Below are positions 27,817 to 35,826 of a DNA stretch of 62,296 bases, one piece after another. The position numbers were made by a program, and so were the translations under genes. The DNA is from a virus (Duplodnaviria > Caudoviricetes): IMG/VR virus record IMGVR_UViG_3300048894_000062, positions 1 to 62,296 of that record; one strand, given 5' to 3'. The stretch's first letter is position 1. Each line of letters begins with the position of its first letter. A model generated the notes under the pieces. It was not told where the DNA came from, searched no databases, and saw only the letters and a list, made by a program, of their open reading frames with translations.

Positions 27817-27887
27817 ACAGTTCTTCGGCTGTTGCTACCAGCCATTTGCCCCGGTCGGGACTCCAATCCCACCGGGGTTTCCTTTTC
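27817..27887 (+). ncRNA. Candidate ~70-nt antisense RNA ending in a terminator hairpin
   Basis: Follows the promoter; CCCCGGT(C)GGGA-CTCCAA-TCCCACCGGGG then TTTCCTTTT. Confidence 0.45.
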
Positions 27888-28088
27888 CAAGCCCATGTCG
27901 GCTCAGTCGCTTTTGATCGCGGGCCGCGCACGAACGCAGGCCGTCAGTCTGTACCCGGCGTGCGCTTCTTGGCAAGAGGGTGTGCCGGTCGCGATGGTGA
28001 AAAGGCAGCCCATCCACCGGCTGACGGGGTTTTTCGAGATGACCCGCTTTCGCGGACCCCACATAAGCGCACTTCACCGTCTAACCGC

Positions 28089-28547
28089 TCACGCGGGGCT
28101 GTCTTCGAGTTCTACCTCAAGTTCGGGGTGGCGTTTCCAATCCCAGTTTTCCTTGCGCCAAAATTCCAGAACCTTGAGGTCGTCACAGTTCATGGTCGCC
28201 CCGCCAGCACAGCAGTTGATGTTAGGCGGGTCGCCGTAATGGAGCGCCTTGGCAATGACGGCCTGCTCCAATAGCGTGTTCTTGATAAATGGTTCGTAGT
28301 CCTTCGGCTCTTTCGCACCGCGCGCCATAGCCTCGCGGAGACGGCTCATGGAGGAAGAGCTAAAGGCGACGGGAAACTTATGTCCGCACGCTTGACATGC
28401 GATCATCACCAGCGCGCACTCGTCGCTGTAGATATCAGCCAGTTTGTTGGGCGCAAAGCTGCCATAGCGGGGAACAGCATATTCATCCCACCAGTCCGGC
28501 TCCTGTGGGATAAGGCTCCGAATGTCAGCATAATCGTGGTGCATCAA
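28089..28547 (-). CDS. Hypothetical Cys-containing protein
   Basis: GGAGG RBS; CQAC..LHYGDPPN..CC. Confidence 0.6.
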   Translation of the reverse strand: MMHHDYADIRSLIPQEPDWWDEYAVPRYGSFAPNKLADIYSDECALVMIACQACGHKFPVAFSSSSMSRLREAMARGAKEPKDYEPFIKNTLLEQAVIAKALHYGDPPNINCCAGGATMNCDDLKVLEFWRKENWDWKRHPELEVELEDSPA

Positions 28548-28676
28548 ACCCTCCCTTTTGCCATGCCATCTTGTCGTGTAATATAAATAGACACCACCCC
28601 CTTTACAATGGTTGACATGCTAATTATGTTTCGTGTCACTCGCGCTAAAGGGGCGCGGCAAACGGAGGATATCGCA

Positions 28677-29591
28677 GTGTTGAAAGCCATCAAGATGAGC
28701 GTGCCCGACTGGATTAAGGTGGAGGACAACCCCATCCAGCGCGACACGGAACGCCACGCGGCGAAGGCCAAGCATCTTCTCACGCCGCTTCCCACGCACG
28801 GCATCGTGTTCGCAGCCGAACTGCCGAGCGGCAAGTTGATCAAGCTCGACGGCCATACGCGGGCCTATCTCTGGAACGAGGGCAAGGCGCTGCCTCCCGC
28901 CCAGCTTATCACGGTGAATGTGATCCCCGTGGAGAATCGCGGTGAGGCCGAAAAGCTCTACAAGACGTTCGACTCGGCCCAAGCATTGGAGACGGCACGC
29001 GACAAGATCAGCGGCGCGTTCAACCGCTTCAACTTCAACGCTCAGTCCCCGCTTCTCAAGGCCGGTTCCATCGGCACGGCGCTCAAAATGGCCTACAACG
29101 TGCTGGTGGGCCGCACGCCGAACGGCTTCTCTCACGAAACGCCGGATCAGTACGAACTGATCAAGGAGTTCCAGAACGAACTGGTGGCGCTGGATGCGTT
29201 CGGCTCTGCCATCACGCCAGCGACGTGTCCCGGTGGCTTCGTGGCGGCTTTCATCATTTCGTGGCGTCGCCATGGCCGCGTGGTCCTTCCCTTCTGGACG
29301 GACTATTTCGCGGGCAACGGCATCAAGGCCAACGGCAGGATGGACGCCATTCAGGCGGTTCGCGAACTGATGCTGGCGCGCAAGCGGGGCCGCGCGGGCG
29401 GCAACGCCATGGCCGATATGTGCGAACGCATCCTTCGCGGCGTGGAAGGCTGGATCGTGGACGAGAAGTTCAAGCGCATTCCCACCCCTCTGGACACGAC
29501 TGGCTATCTCACCAAGCACCGCCGCGCCAACGAGCGCCTTCTGAAGAAGGCCGACGTGGAACGAGAACTGGCTGCCGCTGCAACCGACTGA
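28677..29591 (+). CDS. ParB/Srx-like N-terminal domain protein
   Basis: GGAGG RBS before GTG 28677; NPIQRD..KLDGHTR motif. Confidence 0.6.
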   Translation: MLKAIKMSVPDWIKVEDNPIQRDTERHAAKAKHLLTPLPTHGIVFAAELPSGKLIKLDGHTRAYLWNEGKALPPAQLITVNVIPVENRGEAEKLYKTFDSAQALETARDKISGAFNRFNFNAQSPLLKAGSIGTALKMAYNVLVGRTPNGFSHETPDQYELIKEFQNELVALDAFGSAITPATCPGGFVAAFIISWRRHGRVVLPFWTDYFAGNGIKANGRMDAIQAVRELMLARKRGRAGGNAMADMCERILRGVEGWIVDEKFKRIPTPLDTTGYLTKHRRANERLLKKADVERELAAAATD

Positions 29592-30339
29592 AGCCACCAT
29601 CGGTGATGCAAGACTGATCCTTGGTGATGCGCTGGAAGTCCTCCCAACGCTCGCCGGGATCAGTCACATCATTTCCGATCCACCCTACGAGGCCGTCATG
29701 CACGAAGCGGTGGGAAAGATAAACCGTATCCGCATCGACGGCCAACTGACGGTGGACGATCTGCCGTTCGATGGCATCGACCTTGTTCGAACAGAAGTCT
29801 CCGCCAAGTGCGTCGCTGCCTCTAACGGCTGGCTCCTGCTCTTCACGCTTGCAGAAGGTGTGCGAGCGTGGCGCGATGACATTCAATCTGCGGGCGGCAA
29901 ATGGGACACGACCTGCTTCTGGATCAAGCCTGACGCCTCTCCGCGCTTCAACGGACAAGGCCCGGCGCGCGGCGCAGAGTGCATCGTCACTGCATGGTGC
30001 GGAAAGGGCTATCGCGTCTGGAACGGCGGCGGCATGCGGGGCGTGTTTACCCACAACACGAACGGTCCCAACCGCGAAGGAACGCACCCAACCGAGAAGC
30101 CACTCTCACTGATGAAGCAACTGGTCAGTCTGTTTACCCAGCCGGAGGAACTGGTCTGCGACCCGTTCATGGGGTCTGGGACCACTGGGATTGCCTGTCT
30201 TGATCTGGGCCGTAAGTTCATCGGTATCGAGCGCGATGAAAAATACTTCGATCTGGCGTGCAAGCGTCTTGAAGCTGCGCACCGTCAACCAAAGCTATTC
30301 CCTGAGCAAGCCATGAAGCAAACGAGGATGGAGCTATGA
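29578..30339 (+). CDS. DNA methyltransferase (N6-A/N4-C, beta class); start probably CTG
   Basis: LILGDAL..SDPPY lies in frame upstream of ATG 29698; HPTEKP and DPFMGSGTTG motifs. Confidence 0.85.
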   Translation: MQPTEATIGDARLILGDALEVLPTLAGISHIISDPPYEAVMHEAVGKINRIRIDGQLTVDDLPFDGIDLVRTEVSAKCVAASNGWLLLFTLAEGVRAWRDDIQSAGGKWDTTCFWIKPDASPRFNGQGPARGAECIVTAWCGKGYRVWNGGGMRGVFTHNTNGPNREGTHPTEKPLSLMKQLVSLFTQPEELVCDPFMGSGTTGIACLDLGRKFIGIERDEKYFDLACKRLEAAHRQPKLFPEQAMKQTRMEL

Positions 30340-30995
30340 AAACGATCAGTTATCACACCGAGGACAAGTCCGGTTGGGCAGAAGGTCCGTGGCAGTCCGA
30401 GCCTGACAAGATGCAATGGCAGGATGAGGCGACGGGTCTTCCATGCCTGCTGCTGCGCGGTCCCATGGGGGCGCTATGCGGCTATGTCGGCATCCCGCCC
30501 GAGCATCCGGCCTATGGCCTGCACTATGATGGGATCACGAAGCTGGAGGCGGAAGAGCGTCACACCCGTTGGCGGTCGGCGTGGACGAAGGCCCGGGAAG
30601 CCGAGCAGGAGGGCCTGCCAGTTGGCGTGTCTCCGCTTGAAGTCTTTAGCGATAACAGCGGTCCTTCTCCCGAGCCCAAGGGTGTCGGTGTTCGGGTCTC
30701 GGAGATTGAGGTTCACGGCGGGCTGACGTTCGCAGGCGGTTGCCAGCACGGCGACGATCCGTCCAAGCGCATCTGTCATCTTCCCGACGAGGGTGAGCCT
30801 GATGATCTTTGGTGGTTCGGGTTCGACTGCGCGCATGCGTGGGATTTCATGCCGGGATATCACGCCAGAACTCGCAATAGGGGATTCCCCTTTGAGAGCG
30901 ATCAGCGACCTGAAGACGTGTACCGTGACGTGGCGTATGTGAAAGCCGAGTGTGAGTCACTGGCGCGTCAATTGGCAGCGATCAGCCAACCCTGA
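30336..30995 (+). CDS. Conserved phage hypothetical protein
   Basis: GPW..EPD, LCGYVG, VHGGLTF, WWFGFDCAH..D motifs. Confidence 0.65.
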   Translation: MKTISYHTEDKSGWAEGPWQSEPDKMQWQDEATGLPCLLLRGPMGALCGYVGIPPEHPAYGLHYDGITKLEAEERHTRWRSAWTKAREAEQEGLPVGVSPLEVFSDNSGPSPEPKGVGVRVSEIEVHGGLTFAGGCQHGDDPSKRICHLPDEGEPDDLWWFGFDCAHAWDFMPGYHARTRNRGFPFESDQRPEDVYRDVAYVKAECESLARQLAAISQP

Positions 30996-31497
30996 CTTCG
31001 AACAGGCCAAACACCTGATTGAGTTCACGGGCGAAATTGCGTTCGATCCAACGCCGATGAAATTCCTTCGGCACGATGATGATGGTATAGTCGCCATGTT
31101 CGATGCGCGACGCTTGAAACCATGACCTGAACTTCGGCTCACCGATCAGGTTGAGCATCATCTGGTGTTTCTCGAACGACCACGAAACATCGAGATCGAC
31201 TGATGGCGGTTCGTCAGTTGTAGGCACATCTGCATCAGTCCAAGACTCAGCGTTAAGCCAGCTACTCGGCAGCATGATATACTGCGGTGGTTGATTGGCG
31301 GTCTTGCGCGCATAGTGCTTTGCTCCGATTAGGAGCCTATCCGGGGTGGTTTTCGCCAGTGCGATGGTGAAGGCGCGTCTCGCGAGCCCCTTCTTTTCCT
31401 TGCGCGGATAGGCAGCCCACCACTCTTCGAAGCCCTCCAAGCTCGCAGCGAGTTCAAACCTATGACCGCAGGACGGGCACTTCACGCTCATGATCAA
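30982..31497 (-). CDS. Replication-protein-like (FEEWWAAYPRK domain plus DnaA-N-like C-terminus)
   Basis: FEEWW.AYPRK..K..A..AF..YI..P.SWLN.E.W; C-terminal F.SWF..I.VP..F...WI. Confidence 0.65.
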   Translation of the reverse strand: MIMSVKCPSCGHRFELAASLEGFEEWWAAYPRKEKKGLARRAFTIALAKTTPDRLLIGAKHYARKTANQPPQYIMLPSSWLNAESWTDADVPTTDEPPSVDLDVSWSFEKHQMMLNLIGEPKFRSWFQASRIEHGDYTIIIVPKEFHRRWIERNFARELNQVFGLFEVRVG

Positions 31498-31686
31498 GCC
31501 TCCAACAGCGTTGGTGAATCAACTATCGCAGAAGAAGGAAAGTGCCAAGCCGAACATCTGGAGGATGAAGTACCGAACATCTGTGGAGGTCAGCGCGGCA
31601 CAGGTTCGGCTTGGCAAGCAAGAAAGTAAGCGTGCCACCCCAAAGGGTCAAGGTGCCGGAAAAATCCTCTGTGGGGCATTGACTTT

Positions 31687-31728
31687 AAGAACACATATGA
31701 CAACATGAAGAACACATATGACAACATG
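31687..31728. repeat. Perfect 2 x 21-bp tandem repeat in a promoter
   Basis: AAGAACACATATGACAACATG twice, just after TTGACT (31679-31684). Confidence 0.9.
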
Positions 31729-31751
31729 ACGGTACTACGGAGGATATAATC

Positions 31752-32294
31752 ATGGTCAAAAGAATTACGCTGCCGAGCAAGCCGTCCGAGTTGCTGAAGC
31801 TCGCGCTTGCCGATGTGGAAGCCGCTGCGAAAACACCCGGCTACAAGATCGACATGGGGACATGGCACTCGGGAACCGCCGCTAACAGTGGCTATAGGGG
31901 TAGCGGCGACGGCTTGTGTACCGTCTGCATGGCGGGGTCTGTCCTTGCCATGTCTCTTAAGCTTCAGCCGACAACTTATGTTGCGGGCATCAAAGAACCG
32001 TTCGAATCAGGGCGCGGCGGCGTGCGGGCGATTAACGAGTGCGGAGAACAGGCCGACATTATCAACCGCAAGACCGCAAACGCGCTTCTGGCGCTGAATG
32101 AGTTTCGTGCGGGATACCTAGACGCAGCCTATCGCTATCTTGGTCGCAAGCGTCCTGCGTCCGTGCCTGATTTCTTCGAAATGCAGGAAGATGGCGACTA
32201 CGAGACTGACGCGAACGGCAAGGTGGTCAACGGCGAGAATTTCATGTCCGACATGCGCAAGATGATCAGCATGCTGGAAGCGGCGGGAGAATAA
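31752..32294 (+). CDS. Hypothetical protein (CxxCMAG motif)
   Basis: GGAGG RBS; Y.IDM..WH..CTVCMAG. Confidence 0.65.
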   Translation: MVKRITLPSKPSELLKLALADVEAAAKTPGYKIDMGTWHSGTAANSGYRGSGDGLCTVCMAGSVLAMSLKLQPTTYVAGIKEPFESGRGGVRAINECGEQADIINRKTANALLALNEFRAGYLDAAYRYLGRKRPASVPDFFEMQEDGDYETDANGKVVNGENFMSDMRKMISMLEAAGE

Positions 32295-32297
32295 CTG

Positions 32298-32708
32298 ATG
32301 ACCAAGCCGAGCAAAGAAGTCCGCAAGGGTCTGGCAGAAGCGCGTGCTTTCATCGAAAAGCGCGGCGGCTGGATGCAGGGTGAATTTGACAGCGGTGATA
32401 AAGTCTGCGCCATCGGCGCGGTCCAGCGCCTTAACAATGATATTCAGCGCCCTGTAATCGAGGCACTTATTCAGGCACTGCCTGAATGCTTCCTTGCGGG
32501 GAAAGACCGCCCGGGAAGTGATGAATGGGCCGTCATCCACTATAATGACGATCCAGATCGTCGGAAGCGCGATGTGGTTGCATTCTTCAAGTTTGCCGAG
32601 CAGGGTCGGCGGCGGCGACACGTTCGACCGCCTCAACGCCGCGCACACGATTCTCTGTCAGGTGCAGGACGACATGAAGAGCGGCCAGCTTCGGGCACCG
32701 GCCCGTGA
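32298..32708 (+). CDS. DUF6197-like protein (paralogue 2)
   Basis: L.EAR..W.QG..CAIGAV..YND.P.R...DVVAFF. Confidence 0.6.
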   Translation: MTKPSKEVRKGLAEARAFIEKRGGWMQGEFDSGDKVCAIGAVQRLNNDIQRPVIEALIQALPECFLAGKDRPGSDEWAVIHYNDDPDRRKRDVVAFFKFAEQGRRRRHVRPPQRRAHDSLSGAGRHEERPASGTGP

Positions 32709-32819
32709 TCAGATGGCGTTGGATATCCTCATCGAAGGACTCAGCGCTCTCATCGGGATCGACAACGAGAAAGTCCGGGTGCTTCAGAACGGCCCCGGCC
32801 CGTCGCGGAGGGCCAACTG

Positions 32820-33146
32820 ATGGTGACGCCCACGAAGTACGAGCGTATCCGAGCCCATTACATCGCTGGGCTCGCACTTATCCCGCGCCACATGCACGAA
32901 GGAATCATCCGTTACATGGAGAACGGAATCCATCCGGGTGATTTCATGACGGCGATTCTGGCTGATGACCTGCACGGCGCGATTCGCTTGGCCGACCACA
33001 TCAATATGCAGTGGCTCAAGGACTGGCTGCATTTCATGGAGGATCATCTTCCGGCTGATGCACGCGGCTCTTATGAGCATGTGCGGCTATGGTGTGAGAG
33101 CGGCGGACTCAACACCCAAGAAAAAGCCGAGCGCCAGAATGTCTAA
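32820..33146 (+). CDS. Hypothetical protein
   Basis: RY.ENGI.PGDF..AILADDL..A...AD motif. Confidence 0.6.
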   Translation: MVTPTKYERIRAHYIAGLALIPRHMHEGIIRYMENGIHPGDFMTAILADDLHGAIRLADHINMQWLKDWLHFMEDHLPADARGSYEHVRLWCESGGLNTQEKAERQNV

Positions 33147-33348
33147 GCCGCCGAACTACGACACCGGGGATGATGTCATGGCTTGGTATAAAGCGTGCGG
33201 CTTCGGAAAAGCCGCTGATGCTGCCAAAGCCATTGATATTTCATGGCGTCAGTTCATGCGCTGGAAGGCGAACGGGATTCCCAAAGGCTCTCATGGCCGC
33301 CGCATCGCCAAGCAAATGACCGTGATCCTGAAACGGAAGACCCGGTAA
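33139..33348 (+). CDS. Small HTH DNA-binding protein
   Basis: AADAAKAIDISWRQFMRWK..GIP. Confidence 0.6.
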   Translation: MSKPPNYDTGDDVMAWYKACGFGKAADAAKAIDISWRQFMRWKANGIPKGSHGRRIAKQMTVILKRKTR

Positions 33349-33423
33349 AAATAATTCGCCGCATCGGTTGACACACATCTCAACCAATGACACATTGACA
33401 TATATAGAGTTTGGAGGATGACA

Positions 33424-33777
33424 ATGCACAAGCCGACGAAACAAATCTTGCAGGAGGCGCGCGATATTCTCGCTGAGCCCGGCAGATGGATTCAGGGGGC
33501 TTTCTTCCGGGGCGAGAATTGCTGCGCCCTTGGCGCGGTGAGGCGCGCGAGCGGGCTGCAACGTCGCGGAGGCATTTCACAGGATATGAGCCACGCCACG
33601 GCTTATGTGGAGGCAGCGCATGCGCTTGGGAAAGCTATTCCCGAGTGCTGGGCTGCGCGCCATGGCGATAGCGTTCCGAACTACAACGACGCCACAGGCC
33701 GCACTGTCGATGACGTGCTGGCGCTGTTCGACTACGCCATCAAGGGCGAGCGCATGCCGTCGCCGGAGGATCACTGA
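33424..33777 (+). CDS. DUF6197-like protein (paralogue 3)
   Basis: IL.EAR..W.QG..CALGAV..YND..GRT.DDVLALFDYA. Confidence 0.65.
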   Translation: MHKPTKQILQEARDILAEPGRWIQGAFFRGENCCALGAVRRASGLQRRGGISQDMSHATAYVEAAHALGKAIPECWAARHGDSVPNYNDATGRTVDDVLALFDYAIKGERMPSPEDH

Positions 33778-33778
33778 C

Positions 33779-35197
33779 ATGGCATCGGATCGCGAACTGC
33801 TCGAACAGGCCCGCGCCACCATCGCGGAGCTTCAGGAAGTTCTGGAGCGGCTGGAGAAGGCCCCCCATACTTTCAGCACTGTCATTCACCTGTATGACGG
33901 CGAACAAGGGCCGCGTGCCGTTCTCAATGACGGCGGCAAGCATCTGGACGTGGAAGCGCCCAAGAAACCGAAGGTGACACCGGGCGATACTGTCCTTGTG
34001 GACATGCAGTCCGGCAATATCCTGTCGATTGCGCATCTGCCGCTCACGGGCGAGCCGTCTGCGGTGCAACTGATCCGTGGCAACGGCATGGTGGACGTAT
34101 CGGTCGGCGGCAGCGTCAAGACCGTTCTCGCTGGCAAGGTGAAGGACTTGCGCGAAGGGGATCAGGTTATCCTCGACTCCTCCAAGACCATCGTTCTCGG
34201 CAAGCTGGCGAGCAACAAGGAACGCTTCGAAGTCACGGCAGGCACCGGCATTTGCTGGGCCGATATCGGCGGCCAAGAGCATGCCAAGCAGGCCATGATC
34301 GAAGCCATCGAACTGCCGCTGCGCAATTCGGGACTCTATCAGGCGTATGGCAAGCGCGAAACCAAGGGCATTCTGCTCTTTGGCCCTCCCGGCTGCGGCA
34401 AGACGCTTCTGGGCAAGGCCGCTGTCACTGCCATCAGTGAACTGACAGGCGGCGAGTCGGCGTTCATGTACGTCAAAGGCCCGGAGATTCTGGACCCTTA
34501 CGTCGGCGTGGCCGAACAGACCATCCGGCAGATTTTCCAGAAGGCGCGCGAGCACAAGGAACGCCACGGCGCACCCGCTGTGATTTTCTTGGACGAAGCC
34601 GACGCCATCCTCGGCAGGCGCGGCCAACTCTATGCTCAGATGGAAAAAACCATCGTGCCTATGTTCCTGACGGAAATGGACGGCATGGAGGCAAGCGGTG
34701 CGCTTGTCATCATCGCCACCAACCGGCCTGACACGCTGGACCCGGCCATCGTTCGTGATGGACGCATGGACCGCAAGATCAGCGTGGAGCGTCCGAGCAA
34801 GGACGACGCGAAGAACATCTTCGCGCTCTACCTGAAGAAGATTCCGCTGGACCCGACTGTCAGTCTCAAAGTCATGGCCGGGTTCGGAGCCGATGAGCTT
34901 TTCTCCACGTCGCATGTCATTCCCACAACGCTGGAAGACCGCGAAGTTAATCTCCCGCTGGCGGCGCTCGCATCTGGCGCACTCATTGCCGGGATCGTGG
35001 ACAAGGCCGTCAGTCATGCGCTGCGCCGCGACATGGAAGCCAAGGCGAAGAAGCCGTCCGGCGTGACCATGGGCGACATGGTGAGCGCCATCGAACAGTC
35101 GGCACACGAGTCGCGCGGCGTGGATCACACGGACGCCATCATCGAGTTCGTGCAGAAAGTGAAAGGCAGTGCGGACTATGCAGAAGCGGCAGAATAA
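33779..35197 (+). CDS. ARC/Mpa (proteasome-ATPase)-like AAA+ ATPase
   Basis: N-terminal coiled coil, two OB-like segments, GPPGCGKT, VKGPEIL..YVG, IFLDEAD, TNRPD.LDPAI.R.GR.D. Confidence 0.85.
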   Translation: MASDRELLEQARATIAELQEVLERLEKAPHTFSTVIHLYDGEQGPRAVLNDGGKHLDVEAPKKPKVTPGDTVLVDMQSGNILSIAHLPLTGEPSAVQLIRGNGMVDVSVGGSVKTVLAGKVKDLREGDQVILDSSKTIVLGKLASNKERFEVTAGTGICWADIGGQEHAKQAMIEAIELPLRNSGLYQAYGKRETKGILLFGPPGCGKTLLGKAAVTAISELTGGESAFMYVKGPEILDPYVGVAEQTIRQIFQKAREHKERHGAPAVIFLDEADAILGRRGQLYAQMEKTIVPMFLTEMDGMEASGALVIIATNRPDTLDPAIVRDGRMDRKISVERPSKDDAKNIFALYLKKIPLDPTVSLKVMAGFGADELFSTSHVIPTTLEDREVNLPLAALASGALIAGIVDKAVSHALRRDMEAKAKKPSGVTMGDMVSAIEQSAHESRGVDHTDAIIEFVQKVKGSADYAEAAE

Positions 35198-35526
35198 GGC
35201 CCAAGATGCTGCACTTTCTGGAAATGCTACTCAGGGAAATCCTGAGGCGGCAGCGGCAGCCAAGAAGGCGAAGGATGCACTGACGCAGATTGACTCGCAG
35301 CCGAGTCATCCGTTGGCCGCGTTCCAGAGCTTTTCACATATTGGCTCTACGCCGGTCGTTCAGAGTGGTGATCAGGTCTGGGATAGGAACGCGCTGCTGA
35401 ATGGCGGCATGGACGTGGACTCCATGCTGTTTTATTACCGCGCCGAGACGCATCAAAAGGGCGGCCTGATCTGCATTTGCGGTGAGCGAGGCTGCAACAT
35501 CGGACCATTTGTTTGGAGGAACTGAC

Positions 35527-35745
35527 ATGACGATTCAGAAGACCATCAAGGGCGGTGACGCCAACCCGACGGACGAAAAGCTCAAGACCATCTTGGGCAA
35601 TTCGGAAGCCGGATTGGCAGCGCAGAAGGCCAAGCAGGCGCTCGCGGAAATCGACGCGGCAGAAGCCGAGCGTCTGAAGAAAGAAGCGGCTAAGAAGAAA
35701 AGCCTAGCTAGGAAAGCTTGCTGCGGATGTTGCGGAGACTGGTAG
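35527..35745 (+). CDS. Small protein with Cys-rich tail
   Basis: GGAGG RBS; ends ACCGCCGDW. Confidence 0.5.
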   Translation: MTIQKTIKGGDANPTDEKLKTILGNSEAGLAAQKAKQALAEIDAAEAERLKKEAAKKKSLARKACCGCCGDW

Positions 35746-35826
35746 ATTAGCATGGGCACGCGAGCTTGGTCTGCATCATGCGACTGTTTATTGCGCCCGC
35801 GTTGGAAGAACTTGGAGGCACGTAAA

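Larger units (their letters stand above)
27457..28088 (-). ncRNA. Candidate long structured non-coding RNA / replication-control region
   Basis: About 630 nt with no credible ORF and a dense series of GC-rich stems. Confidence 0.5.

Noticed and set aside
27770-27843. tRNA gene
   Set aside because: Similar length and branched, but no TTC T-loop, D-loop GG or 7-nt anticodon loop
27639-28274. 211-aa plus-strand ORF across the structured region
   Set aside because: No RBS, Arg/Pro/Gly-rich composition, overlaps a better minus-strand gene and crosses a terminator-like hairpin
31687-31728. Mini-CRISPR or iteron array
   Set aside because: Only two adjacent copies with no spacer
33740-35128. 462-aa antisense ORF (also 28620-29600, 57191-58024, 16702-17523, 41416-42096)
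   Set aside because: Shadow ORFs opposite well-supported genes with strong codon bias; no motifs
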